64,000 bases of DNA. It comes from an uncultured delta proteobacterium (lineage in GTDB: Bacteria; Myxococcota; Myxococcia; Myxococcales; Myxococcaceae). The notes below the pieces were generated by a model. That model did not search any database and was not told where the DNA came from. It saw only the letters and a list, made by a program, of their open reading frames with translations. The position numbers and the translations under genes are program-made. Numbering within the stretch: position 1 is the first letter of the stretch; each line of letters opens with the position of its first letter. The stretch covers positions 1 to 64,000 of the forward strand of contig CAVYSY010000025.1 of the NCBI GenBank assembly GCA_963771175.1, written 5' to 3'. Shown here one piece after another: positions 21,468 to 34,149 of the stretch.

Positions 21468-21694
21468 AACAGCACCCGCATACCCGGCCCGAGCGCCTCA
21501 ATCGGAGCCCTCGGCCGTTAGGGCATGCCTCGACGCGCCAGGCATTGAAGGAGTTGCGTGAGCAGTACCGGGCCTTCGTCGCGGCATTCCGAGAGGCGGC
21601 AGCACGGTGGATGCGAGGGGAGTTCTCGGTCAGCTTTCCGCTCTTCTCTTTTCCGCCGCGTGTCGTGCCGGGTCGCGTCACTCGAATTCTCTGA
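21468..21694 (+). pseudogene. C-terminal remnant of myxobacterial IS200/RAYT-like transposase
   Basis: QHPHTRPERLNRSPRPLGHAST..LREQYRAFVAAFREAAARW..FPLFSFPP. Confidence 0.6.
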
Positions 21695-21741
21695 CACCCT
21701 CGCTGGGGCCCTAGCCCCCGGGGGCCGCGACGTTTCGCGAT

Positions 21742-21763
21742 TGTCGGCGACATGTCGCCGACA
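21742..21763. promoter_or_regulatory. Perfect 22-bp palindrome; candidate enhancer-binding-protein site
   Basis: TGTCGGCGACATGTCGCCGACA, about 70 bp upstream of a sigma54 motif. Confidence 0.6.
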
Positions 21764-21831
21764 GCCGCTCCACCCCCTCCCAGACCCTTCCCCGAGGGGG
21801 TTCTCCTCTGAAGAGCCCCCCATGGGCGTGC

Positions 21832-21847
21832 TGGCACGGCGCGTGCT
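21832..21847 (+). promoter_or_regulatory. sigma54 (-24/-12) promoter
   Basis: TGGCACGGCGCGTGCT = GG-N10-GC, one mismatch to TGGCACG-N4-TTGCW. Confidence 0.7.
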
Positions 21848-21888
21848 CAAGGATACCCCGAGTTCACTGAAGACTCCCCGAACCCGGA

Positions 21889-23073
21889 ATGCCCACCATG
21901 ATGCACACCCCCCGTTGGAAGAAGCTGATGTTCGCCGCCAGCCTCGCCGTCCTGCCCGCCTGCGGAATGGAGGAGCCGAACAGCCCCGAGGCCAAGGGGC
22001 TCGACCCGAAGGCTCCCACGGAGCTGGGCCAGACGCGGGCCGAGCTCGTCCTTGGCTCCGAGACCTATGCGCTCCCGGCCCGTGGTGAATACGGCGGAAC
22101 GCCCGCGACCGTAGCGTGCCCGGCCAACCACGTCGCCGTGGGCCTCCACGGCACCGTCAACACCTACATCACCAGCCTCGGGCTGGTGTGCCGGGCCCTG
22201 AACGCCGATGGCACCCTCGGCGCCTCGGTCTCCATTGCGGCCGCGGGGGGCGCCTGGGGCAACCCCTTCAGCAGCCAGTGCCCGGATGGAATGGCCATCG
22301 TGGGCTTCCCGGGCCACTACGGCTGGTATGTCGATTCGCTGGGCGTCCACTGCGCCGCCCCCAACGCCTGGAGGACCAGCGGCCAGGTGCAGGCCTCTGT
22401 CGCCGAGGTGGGGTACTCCTACTCCGGCAATCCCTTCTCGGATGTCTGTCCCTCGCAGAGCGTGGTCACCCAGCTCAACGTGCGCCACGGAGACAACCTC
22501 GACCAGGAGCAGGCCACCTGCACCCGCTACGCGGTCCCGTCGGAGGTCTACGTTCCGGTGAACTTCGAGTTTGGGGATGCGCGCCGCACCACCTCCACCG
22601 GCGACTGGGCCTTCTCCAACTACAAGTCCGAGTGTGCCAGCGGTGAGAGGGTTACCGGCCTGTCCCTCAACCCCACCTCGCGGAATACCCGCACCGCGTT
22701 GTGCAGCGCCAGCGGTGACTCGCGCTTCCCGCACAACAGCTGCTACGCCCGGGACTTCTCCGGCACCCCCGCCAACGGCGACTGGGACCCCTGGTACTAC
22801 AAGGCGGAGTGCGGCACGAACGAGTTCGTCGCCGGTGTGGCCCAGGACACCAGCCACAGCATCACCTCGATCCTCTGCTGCCCCGGCACCGTGGCCCGCA
22901 ACTCCTGCGCCGCCCTCGTCTTCGACGGCGGGGATGCGCGCGAGTCCTCCACCTCGGGCGACTGGGACGTTGGCAGCTGGAAGGGCGAGTGCGGTCCTGG
23001 CCGCTACGCCGCGGGCCTCTCCCGCAGCACCTCCAGCGGCACGCCCCACGCGCTGCTCTGCTGCAGCCCGTAA
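21889..23073 (+). CDS. Cys-rich lipoprotein with two three-fold-repeat (lectin/beta-prism-like) domains
   Basis: Lipobox LAVLPAC; three G.P...CP repeats, then three GDW...K.EC repeats. Confidence 0.8.
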   Translation: MPTMMHTPRWKKLMFAASLAVLPACGMEEPNSPEAKGLDPKAPTELGQTRAELVLGSETYALPARGEYGGTPATVACPANHVAVGLHGTVNTYITSLGLVCRALNADGTLGASVSIAAAGGAWGNPFSSQCPDGMAIVGFPGHYGWYVDSLGVHCAAPNAWRTSGQVQASVAEVGYSYSGNPFSDVCPSQSVVTQLNVRHGDNLDQEQATCTRYAVPSEVYVPVNFEFGDARRTTSTGDWAFSNYKSECASGERVTGLSLNPTSRNTRTALCSASGDSRFPHNSCYARDFSGTPANGDWDPWYYKAECGTNEFVAGVAQDTSHSITSILCCPGTVARNSCAALVFDGGDARESSTSGDWDVGSWKGECGPGRYAAGLSRSTSSGTPHALLCCSP

Positions 23074-23205
23074 CGAGACATCCGTCGCACGGGGTTGATA
23101 CACCCACGCGGGCTGGCACCTGTGAGCTCGGGAGCCGGCCCGCGCCGTACGCATAGATGGATAGCGGGCGGTAATAGCACTCGCCGTAAGCCTCCGATCC
23201 AGCCC

Positions 23206-23244
23206 AGCGAGGCTCCAACAGTCCGAGCTACTGACATTTCGACC
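23206..23244 (+). repeat. Direct repeat of 18082-18120
   Basis: AGCGAGGCTCCAACAGTCCGAGCTACTGAC identical over 30 bp, then 7/9 match. Confidence 0.9.
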
Positions 23245-23429
23245 TGGCCAACGGCAACATTCAACTCCGGTCATGGAAGGGTGACTACCTGCACCGCCCC
23301 GACAGTCCTCAGGGCGTCACCACCTGGGACCAGGGCGAGTGGACGGTCGAAGTCGTCGTCAACTGAGCTCCAATCCAGAGCCGCCCCGAGCGGAACGAGT
23401 CGTTTGGCACCTGTTCATTCAAAAGGGTA

Positions 23430-23623
23430 TCTCGCGGTGTGAGGGCGACCACGGCGGGGGCAACTGCGAGAAGAATGGCTTGATTGTGTATCCCAAGTGC
23501 AAGCCGGGCTTCCACAGTGTGGGTTGCTGCGTGTGCAGCCCCGATTGTCCCTCGGACACGACGGATATCGGGGTGTCCTGTCAGAAACACACCTACGACC
23601 GCGGAGTCGGCTGCTTGCCGTAG
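23430..23623 (+). pseudogene. Fragment of Cys-rich repeat protein
   Basis: CEKNGLIVYPKCKPGFHSVGCCVCSPDCP..TDIGVSCQK.TYDRGVG. Confidence 0.6.
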
Positions 23624-23861
23624 TGTTCACCGGCTCGCCCCTCTCGCACACCAGGGCGCGCCTCCAAGGAGGGCCCTCCAGCCGCTACTGGTGGGCCTTC
23701 CGTCTTTTCAGGACGCGCGCGGCCGAGGACTCCACCAGCACGCTCTCCCCCTCAACTTCTCGGCCGAACCCACCTCAGGGAGTGGTCTTGAAGTCAGGCA
23801 ACTCCCGGCGACCCATGACCAGGAATCAGCGCTTCCTGGTGACCATCAACACTGGAGGAGC

Positions 23862-24752
23862 TCACTCGAGAAACGCGAGGACGCGGCGATTGACCTCGTC
23901 GGCTCGCACGACGAAGAAGTCGTGCCCGGTGCCGGCCATGAGCTCGGTTTTGACGTGAGGCGACAGCGCCGCCACGCGCGCGAGGCTCTCGGCGGCGGGG
24001 AAGATCACCTCGCGATCTCCGGCGAGGAGCAGCGTCGGCACGCGGAGGCTCTTCCACTGGTCGTCTTCGAGCGGCAGCGGCGGGACCATGCGGCGCGGCT
24101 TGAAGGAGCGGTGCGCGAGCCAGGAGTCGTCCGCCATTTCATCGAGGCGCGCCTTGGCCTCTTCGCTCACGCCGTCCGTCACGCGGATCCAGTTCATGAA
24201 ATTGGCCATGAAGAACCGCGCCGGGATGGCGCACAGGAGGCCGCGCCAGATGAAGCCCCAGGGGATCGGCGCCACCGTGCCCGCCGGCGCGAGGAGCACC
24301 AGCTTGCGGACCCGCTCGGGGAAGCGCAGCGCGTAGTGAGAGAAGATCCATCCCCCGTACGATAGCCCCAGGAGGTCCACCTTCCCGTCGAGGCCGAGGC
24401 CGTTCCGCAGCTCGTCGAGCCAGCGCGTGAAGTCGTCCGCGCTCTTCACCGGCGATGTCTCCACGCTGCGGCCGTTGTCATGGATGTTGTCGATGAAGTA
24501 CGTGGTGCGGCCCGCCGAGAGCGCCTTCGCGCTCATCGACAACGAGAGCCCGGGCGAGCCGATGCCGGGCAGGAGAAGCAGCGGCGGCGCGCCTTCGGGC
24601 CCGCTCACGCGGACGAACGTTCGGCCAAACGACGTCTCGACGATGCGCTCGGTGGAAGGCACCGGCCATGCGGCGGCGCGCAGGGCGTACCGGTCGAGGT
24701 AGCGCTGTTTGGCTTTCTCCGAACGGAACGGGTGATGTGCGGGAGTATTCAT
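23862..24752 (-). CDS. Alpha/beta hydrolase (carboxylesterase-like)
   Basis: GPEGAPPLLLLPG, GLSYGG nucleophile, AGTGH. Confidence 0.9.
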   Translation of the reverse strand: MNTPAHHPFRSEKAKQRYLDRYALRAAAWPVPSTERIVETSFGRTFVRVSGPEGAPPLLLLPGIGSPGLSLSMSAKALSAGRTTYFIDNIHDNGRSVETSPVKSADDFTRWLDELRNGLGLDGKVDLLGLSYGGWIFSHYALRFPERVRKLVLLAPAGTVAPIPWGFIWRGLLCAIPARFFMANFMNWIRVTDGVSEEAKARLDEMADDSWLAHRSFKPRRMVPPLPLEDDQWKSLRVPTLLLAGDREVIFPAAESLARVAALSPHVKTELMAGTGHDFFVVRADEVNRRVLAFLE

Positions 24753-25133
24753 GGGCGAGCACCAACCTAAACATGGCGAGGGCGCGGTCAATGAGCGGAT
24801 CGCCGGACTCACTAGCGGAGGCGAGCGAGGTCGGGCTGGCTGGAGTTGCATGGAGGGCCGCTGAAGCAGTGCGCCAGCGAAAGAAACCGTGCGACCTCGG
24901 GCGGACACGCATTGGACGGTGCAGGAGGGCCCCGAGGAGGCCCGCCCGTCGCGCTCCAGGCACACCCTCCCCTGCGCAGGCGACCGGTCGCCTTGGGCTC
25001 CGCCAGAGAGCGCATCCCTCAGCCGTGCGTCACTCCCACTGCTCCTGCTGCGCTGGCCCCCTGGCTGGTGCCTGGGGTGGGGGCAGCAGGGGTACGCGGT
25101 CGCCGATGGCCAGAGTCCGCGTCAACGCATGGG

Positions 25134-25607
25134 TCACATCGCGAAGCCGAGCACGTACAGCTCGACGCCGGTGATGCCCGTGAGCGCCATGGCCAGCATG
25201 CCGATGCGGCCGAGCAAGCGGTGCCGGGCACTGTAGGGGCCCGGCCGAGGCTCCCGGCCGAAGCCGCGCAACGCCGCCACCAGCATCCACCCCCAGAGCA
25301 CGGCCGTGCCGATGGCCAGCACCGTGTGGCCCCAGATGGACATGTTCAACAGCGCCGTGCCCGCGTAGCGGCTCTGGCGCGTGAGCGTGAAGATGCCGCC
25401 CGACAGGCGCAGGTCCACCTCGAAGAGCAGCACCACGACGCCCAGTCCCGAGCCCAGCGCCACCTGCACCGTCCGGTGCGTGGCCCATCGCCGGGTGAGC
25501 GCCAGCCGCCACGAGACGGCGAGCACGGGGAGGATGATGACGAGCGAGACGATGACGACATCCATCAACACATCGGCACGAGTGCCGAGAAAACCCTGAG
25601 GAAGCAC
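25134..25607 (-). CDS. DUF420-family membrane protein
   Basis: GFLGTRADVLMD, H..VQ, FEVD.R, H.VLA, HR.LG. Confidence 0.8.
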   Translation of the reverse strand: MLPQGFLGTRADVLMDVVIVSLVIILPVLAVSWRLALTRRWATHRTVQVALGSGLGVVVLLFEVDLRLSGGIFTLTRQSRYAGTALLNMSIWGHTVLAIGTAVLWGWMLVAALRGFGREPRPGPYSARHRLLGRIGMLAMALTGITGVELYVLGFAM

Positions 25608-25633
25608 GTGGGGACTCCAGGTGGGGATTCAGC

Positions 25634-26857
25634 TCAACCGGGGTGGGGCTCGGACGGGCGGGACAGAGCGGGCAGCAGCAGGGCCGCGGACAACATCACC
25701 GCGCCGGCGGCCACGTAGGGCAGGGACTCGCCCAGGTCGAAGAGGACGCCCGCGGTGATGGGCCCCAGCCCTCGCGCCGCCGCCGAGAAGGACTGGCCCA
25801 GCCCGAGCGTCCCGCCCTGCTCCTCCCGGGATGCCAGACGCGACAGCAACGTGCTGAGCAACGGGTTGAGCAGGCCTTGCGACGCGGCGAGCACCCCGAG
25901 CACTCCCACGGTCGCCCCGAGCGAGGGGGCGTACGGCAGCGCCGCCAGCATGGCCGCCGAGACGATGCCTCCGGCCACCGCCAGAGAGACCTCGCCGAAG
26001 CGCTTCGACAGCCGGCCCACCATCCCGCCCTGCACCACCACCATCACCACGCCCACGAAGGTGAAGATGCCGCCCAGGCCGCCCGCGCCCAGGTGGAAGC
26101 GACGCTCGCCCAGCAGGGCGAAGGTGGACTCCATCGCCACGAAGGCGAACGTAGACAGGAAGGTGGCGGCCAACACCCGGCCGAGCCTCGGGTGCGCGAG
26201 GGCCGAGCGCAGCGCCGCCAGGTCCATCCGCGCCCGCCCCTGCCCGCGCGCCCCGGGGGGATGGGACTCGGGCAGCTTGAAGGCCGCCACCACCAGGTTC
26301 ACCGCGCCGAGCCCCGCCGCCGTGAGCGCCGCCGCGCCGAAGCCGAACCGCGACAGCCCCGCCCCCATCGCCGGGCCGAACACGAAGCCCAGACCGATGG
26401 AGGCCCCGAGCAGGCCCATGTACTTGGAGCGCTCCTCGGGCCGGGTGGTGTCCGCCACGTACGCCTGAGCCACCGAGATGCTGCCGCCAAACAGCCCCGC
26501 CAACGAGCGCCCCACCAGCAGCACCGGCAGGCTCGTGGCCAACCCCGTCAGCACCAGCGAGCCCACCGAGCCCACCAGGCTCGACAGCATGGCCGGCCGG
26601 CGGCCGAACCGGTCCGACAACCGGCCCAGCACCGGCGCCCCCACCAGCTGCGCCGCCGAGTAGCTCGTCATCAGCGCCCCGACCCACACGCCCGTGGCCC
26701 CGAAGCGCTCCGCGAAGAAGGGCAGCTGAGGAAGGATGATGCCGAACCCCACCAGGTCCAGGAACACCGTCACGTAGACGACCGCAAGCGCCGCGAACGT
26801 CGGCCGCGCCGGGTGGGTGGCGTCATTTTGGACTTCGGATGTCGAAATTGAACTCAC
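25634..26857 (-). CDS. MFS drug efflux transporter (TetA-like)
   Basis: FLDLVGFGIILP, GRLSDRFGRRP motif A, AQAYVADTT. Confidence 0.92.
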   Translation of the reverse strand: MSSISTSEVQNDATHPARPTFAALAVVYVTVFLDLVGFGIILPQLPFFAERFGATGVWVGALMTSYSAAQLVGAPVLGRLSDRFGRRPAMLSSLVGSVGSLVLTGLATSLPVLLVGRSLAGLFGGSISVAQAYVADTTRPEERSKYMGLLGASIGLGFVFGPAMGAGLSRFGFGAAALTAAGLGAVNLVVAAFKLPESHPPGARGQGRARMDLAALRSALAHPRLGRVLAATFLSTFAFVAMESTFALLGERRFHLGAGGLGGIFTFVGVVMVVVQGGMVGRLSKRFGEVSLAVAGGIVSAAMLAALPYAPSLGATVGVLGVLAASQGLLNPLLSTLLSRLASREEQGGTLGLGQSFSAAARGLGPITAGVLFDLGESLPYVAAGAVMLSAALLLPALSRPSEPHPG

Positions 26858-26861
26858 GAGT

Positions 26862-26898
26862 TCAAGATTGACTCTTCGCGTCCGGATGTCAACCTTGA
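26862..26898. promoter_or_regulatory. Inverted repeat: divergent promoter / putative TetR operator
   Basis: TCAAGATTGAC-N15-GTCAACCTTGA, with TTGAC on both strands. Confidence 0.55.
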
Positions 26899-26904
26899 GT
26901 GGAG

Positions 26905-27531
26905 ATGAGCCAGGTTTCGGAGCGGGTGGCCCGGCGCAGGGCGCGGGACAAGGAGCGGATCATCTCCGTGGCGGCGGCGCGTTTCGCCGAGCGGGGCATC
27001 GAGCGGGTGCGCCTGGACGAGATTGGCGCCGAGGCGGACCTGGCCCGCGGCACGCTCTACAGCCACTTCGCCACCAAGGAGTCACTGGTGGAGGCCATCG
27101 TCGGGCCGGTGCTCGACGAGGGCATCGCGCGCATGGCCGAGTTGGAGAAGGAGCCCCGGGCGCCGGAGGAGGCGGTGGACGCGCTGCTCGACGTGTACCT
27201 GGCGCTCCACCGGGCGCACCCGCACGCGTTGCGCGTCTCGTACCAGGTGCAGTCGCAGCCTCTCGGTGGGTTGGCGGCGCAGCATGGGGCGTTCGTGCAG
27301 GCGGTGCTCGCCGTCCTCGGCGCGGCGGAACGGGCCGGACTGTTGAGGACGGGGGACCCCGTGCTGGCGGCCCGCGTGCTGGCTCGCACCGCGGTTCCCC
27401 TGCTGGAGCTCTATGCCACGCACCCCAAGGGGGACGCGCTCTTCAAGGAGAGTCTGCGCGGGCTGCTCCTGCGCGAGCGGCCGGAGCCCGCCTCCGGAAA
27501 GCCCGGAGCACGAGGACGACGGGAGCGATGA
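26905..27531 (+). CDS. TetR/AcrR family regulator
   Basis: AAARFAERGIERVRLDEIGAEADLARGTLYSHFATKESL HTH. Confidence 0.92.
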   Translation: MSQVSERVARRRARDKERIISVAAARFAERGIERVRLDEIGAEADLARGTLYSHFATKESLVEAIVGPVLDEGIARMAELEKEPRAPEEAVDALLDVYLALHRAHPHALRVSYQVQSQPLGGLAAQHGAFVQAVLAVLGAAERAGLLRTGDPVLAARVLARTAVPLLELYATHPKGDALFKESLRGLLLRERPEPASGKPGARGRRER

Positions 27532-27951
27532 GCCCACGTCGAGGAGGGCCCGAGGCGCGCGAGCCGAGCGCCCCAGGCCCCCAGGAATGGCGTTGCTACT
27601 GGAGAATAGGCGGCATGAAGGCGCTGCGTTCAGCGGTAGCGGCGATCGGACTCCTGGCGCTCCGGGTCGCGCGTGTTCCAAGCGTTCTCGGCCGCCTTCA
27701 CCTTCGCCCGCGCCGTCTCCTCGGTGAAGGGCGGGCGGAGGATGGTCGGGGCTGAAGGAGGGTTCGGGGATCGCGTGTCGATTCGGGACATGGATGTTCC
27801 CGGATAGCAGCTCCCATGCCGACGCCCCCGGGGTACGACCCCCTGTCAGATCAACCCGTTATCCACCTGGCTGGCTCCAGGGAGACCACGAGACCTCGTG
27901 GTCCACGGGTTTTCGTTGCGACACCACGAGCTCTCGTGCAGGAGGAGGCCC

Positions 27952-28614
27952 ATGCTCTCGGACGCGCTCCAGTCCATCGCGCTGGCGGTGGCCCAGATGC
28001 ACTCGGTGGACGAGGTGCTCGGCACCGTGGTGCGGGGGCTGACGGCTCAACCGGACTGCGCCCTCGCGCGCCTATGGTTGGTGGGGCCCGGCGACGTCTG
28101 TGCATCCTGCCCCATGCGCGCCGAGTGCCCGGAGACTTCGCGCTGCCTGCACCTGGTGGCCAGCGCGGGCGCATCCCGGGACGGGGGAGCACCATGGACG
28201 CGCCTCGAGGGCCGCTTCCGGCGCTTCCCCCTCGGCGTGCGGAAGGTGGGGCACATCGCCGTCACCGGCCAGGGCGTGCTGCTGCGGAGATTGAGCGGGG
28301 GCTCGGAGTGGCTCGCCGACCCGGCCTGGGCCGAGCGCGAGGGCATCCGCGGCTTCGCCGGCCAGCCGCTCGTCTTCCGGGGCGAGGTGCTGGGCGTGCT
28401 GGCCGTGTTCTGGCGCCAGGAGCTGGGCGAGCGGGAGTTCTCCTGGCTGCGCACCTTCGCGGACCATGCGGCGGTGGCCCTCGCCAACGCGCGGGCCTTC
28501 GAGGAGCTGGCGCGGCTGCGCGAGCGGCTGGAGCAGGAGCGGGACTACCTGCGCGAGGAAGTGAAGGACGCGCCAAATTACTCACGAGTTCGGCGTGGCG
28601 TCGGAACCGATTGA
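27952..28614 (+). pseudogene. GAF-domain N-terminus of FhlA-like sigma54 activator, truncated before AAA+
   Basis: Cys-rich GAF (CASCPMRAEC..CLHL), ANARAFEELARLRERLEQERDYLREEV, then unrelated sequence. Confidence 0.75.
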
Positions 28615-28656
28615 CCGCTCGATAGAGAACTCGCCACCCTCGAGGAGGGATCCCCT

Positions 28657-28851
28657 GTGGCATCGGCAGAGGCCCAAGGCATCGCGCGTGCAACGGAGCT
28701 CGAGCAGCGCCATGGCTTCACGGCCACCTACCGCTATAGCTCGGCCATCAAGGGCTTCGCCGCCCGGCTCCCGGCCAACACGGTGGCCGCCCTGCGTTGC
28801 GAGCCCGACGTGGCCTACATCGAGGAGGATGCCGAGGTGCATGTGGAGTGA
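28657..28851 (+). pseudogene. Peptidase inhibitor I9 (subtilisin propeptide-like) fragment
   Basis: YRYSSAIKGFAARL..VAALRCEPDVAYIEED. Confidence 0.7.
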
Positions 28852-28904
28852 CGGCGCTCGCTCCGTCTCGTCAGCGGGAGGGGCTCCTCTGGACGGAGGG
28901 GCCC

Positions 28905-29636
28905 TCAACCGCTGATCACAAGCTGGTTCTCCACCCGGTCGACGCCCCACACGCACCAGGCATCGCGCTCGGCGGCCTCGCGCGCGTCCTCGCTGTTCAC
29001 CGCGCCGGCCAGGGTGACCACGCCGCTCCGGGAAGAGATGGAGACGCTCTCGGTGCTCACCAGAGGGTCCTTCTCCAGGGCGAGCCGCACGCCATCCGCC
29101 ATCTCCCCGTCGTTGTCCTGCTCGTGGGGGCTGACCCCCAGCCCGTTCACGACGTCGCGCACGCCCGGCACCCACCATGCGAGCACGCCCGCCAGGCGCT
29201 TGTGGCCAAGCCCCGTCACGTCCCCATCGAGGGTGACCACCCCGTCCTCCACCCGGACCTCGATGGCGCCGCGGGCGTCCGGGCCAGCATCACGCCAGGT
29301 CCGCACCTCTTCTCCCACGCGGGTCCGCAGGGTGAAGGGCTGCAGGGCGGACTCAGCCGAGAGGTCGCGGCAGACGTGCTCGCACACCTGATCGTCCGGC
29401 AGGCGGCGGTCGGGGATGACGTGGAGCTCGTCGATGATGTGGTCCACGCCTGGCACCGCGGCCGCCCGCTCCAGAGCGAGCTTCTTGGACGCCACGTCGG
29501 GGACCTCCCCCGCCATGCCGAGGTCATTCCACTCCCACCACAGCCGGATGGGGTAGCGCCGCAAATCGAGGCGTGGCTCCCGGGCGAGCGCCTCGCGTAC
29601 GGCCGTGAGCAGGGAGTCCACCGTGTCCATCGCCAC
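28905..29636 (-). CDS. BON-domain protein (three BON domains)
   Basis: VEDGVVTLDGDV, VPGVRDVVNGL, GVVTLAGAV, GVDRVENQL. Confidence 0.88.
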   Translation of the reverse strand: MAMDTVDSLLTAVREALAREPRLDLRRYPIRLWWEWNDLGMAGEVPDVASKKLALERAAAVPGVDHIIDELHVIPDRRLPDDQVCEHVCRDLSAESALQPFTLRTRVGEEVRTWRDAGPDARGAIEVRVEDGVVTLDGDVTGLGHKRLAGVLAWWVPGVRDVVNGLGVSPHEQDNDGEMADGVRLALEKDPLVSTESVSISSRSGVVTLAGAVNSEDAREAAERDAWCVWGVDRVENQLVISG

Positions 29637-29827
29637 CTCGCGGAGGAGATCGCGGCGCGGGCTGCGCCGGGCCGGACAGCATCAAGGGAAAGCTAGGGAT
29701 GTGGCGCGCGCCCCCGCCGCTTGGCCGCGCCTCCCGTCCCCCCCAGTGCCGTGCGAGATAGCCCTCCCCCGCCGCCAAGGCTGGCGGCTGACCTTGCATA
29801 CCCCTCAAGTCTCGTGGGGGCTGGGCA

Positions 29828-29990
29828 CGGGGGCAATTCGACGATCTGGAGCCAATGCCTGTCGAGCACCTTCACGACCTCGACGAGCCCCTCGAAGGTC
29901 ACCGGCTTGGTGATGAAGCAGTTCGCCCCCAGGTTGTAGCTGCGCAGGACGTCCTCCTCGGCCTTGGAGGTGGTCAGCACCACGATGGAG
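29828..29990 (-). pseudogene. C-terminal half of single-domain response regulator
   Basis: IVVLTTSKAEEDVLRSYNLGANCFITKPV; N-terminal half absent. Confidence 0.75.
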
Positions 29991-30054
29991 GGCACGCCGC
30001 CCTCCCGCGGCACGAAGACCTATAGTGGCGCCCTTCGATGAGGGAGGTGAAGGG

Positions 30055-32698
<2,644 letters not shown>

Positions 32699-32732
32699 GC
32701 GGGCGGCACGTGGGTGTTCTCCACCAGTCCGC

Positions 32733-34056
32733 TCAGCGGAACTCGATGATCCCGGAGTAGGGGTTGTGGCGGACCTTGCGTTCGTCGTGCGGGAGGCATG
32801 AGGCGCCGGGCGGGCACGGCGGATTCCCATCGTCCGCCTGATCCGAGGTCACCAGGAGGCGCTTGCCGACCCGCTGGACGATGCCGAACGGGTTCAGCCC
32901 GCCTTCCGCGTCGAGCGTGTTCGTCTCCTGGAGCCCGGGTGACCGCCATGTCGGTCCGCTAAGCCGGTTCTTCGGGATGCCAGCGGTGGACCAGCGGCAC
33001 GCCTCGCCGTGGCCGGGGAAGAACAGGCGCAGCGACGTCGCGTCAAAGACGAAGACGCCGTTCGGCGCGGCCTCCACGGAGATCCCGGCGGGCAGCGGGT
33101 GGCTCGCGAACGTGAGCGTCTTCGGGTCGAGTTGGTACAGCACCTTCGGGCGTTGAGGTCCTTCGGGCTGATCGATCCAGGCGCCGGGAGCACCTTCCAC
33201 GGTGAAGTACGTCAAGCGATCCGGCTCGAGGATCGCGAGCTGCTCGTCGGCGATCGGCAGCCAGCGTCGCGCCTCCAGGTCGTAGACCGAGGCCTTCACC
33301 TGTGCCGGCGGCGGCGTCTGCCCGACGACGAGGAGCTGGCTTCGCCGTCAGCTTCCAGACGAGCACGTGTCCTACGAGCGCCGGAAAGCCGTCGAACGAG
33401 ATGGGCGTTTCCTTTCCGCTCAGGAGCGACACCTCCGCGCCCGTGCGCGAAATGGGATCGATCGCGACGACCGAGCGCCCAAACGGTAGCCAATGGCCGC
33501 CGAGCCGCTGCAGCGCGGGAGGCGACGGCTTGAAGGTGCCCCGCTGCGCGTCGAAGCGGTGGGACGGAGACACCCACTCGTGGTCGGTGATGACGTTGGG
33601 CCGCATCGTGAGCCCTTCGGGCAGGTCGACGCGCGTCCACGACAAGCGATCGGGGTCCACGACCGCGAACCCGAGCGAATAGCTCCCGACGAGCCTGCGG
33701 CCGATCGGGAACCAGTTGATGGAGTAGTGGTTGTAGCCGACGACGAGCGCCGGGCCGCCGTTGGGATCGAGCGGCCTGGATTCGAGCGTCTCCGCGTCGA
33801 CGACCGCCACGCGCGGGCGGTAGTCGGGGGGGCTCCCGGAGCCGACGGAGAACAGCACCTCGCTGGTCGAGAAGAGCTCGCCGTACGGGAGCGACACGGG
33901 GCGCGCGACCAGCTCTCCACAGCGGCCCGGTGACGGCTCCAGAACGCCGGGGCCTCCAGGTCGGGATTGAGCCGCCGGCGTGGCCGCACCATCCGGCGTG
34001 GAGACGCACGACGTTGAGAGAGCCATCACCGCGGTAAGCACCAGAGCCTGGTTCAT
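32733..34056 (-). CDS. Hypothetical lipoprotein, beta-rich (frameshift near 33300-33340)
   Basis: MNQALVLTAVMALSTSC lipobox; RBS AGGAGG; continues in ORF 32733-33299. Confidence 0.65.
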
Positions 34057-34149
34057 GGAGTTCCCCTCCTATGACTCTGCCCCGGGCGCCGCGGTGCCGT
34101 CGAGCGCTGGCCGCGATGGAACCTGACTGAGCCTGCCCCACGTAACCGG

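Noticed and set aside
29990..30054. Rifamycin-associated element (RAE) upstream of rph
   Set aside because: No matching inverted repeat seen
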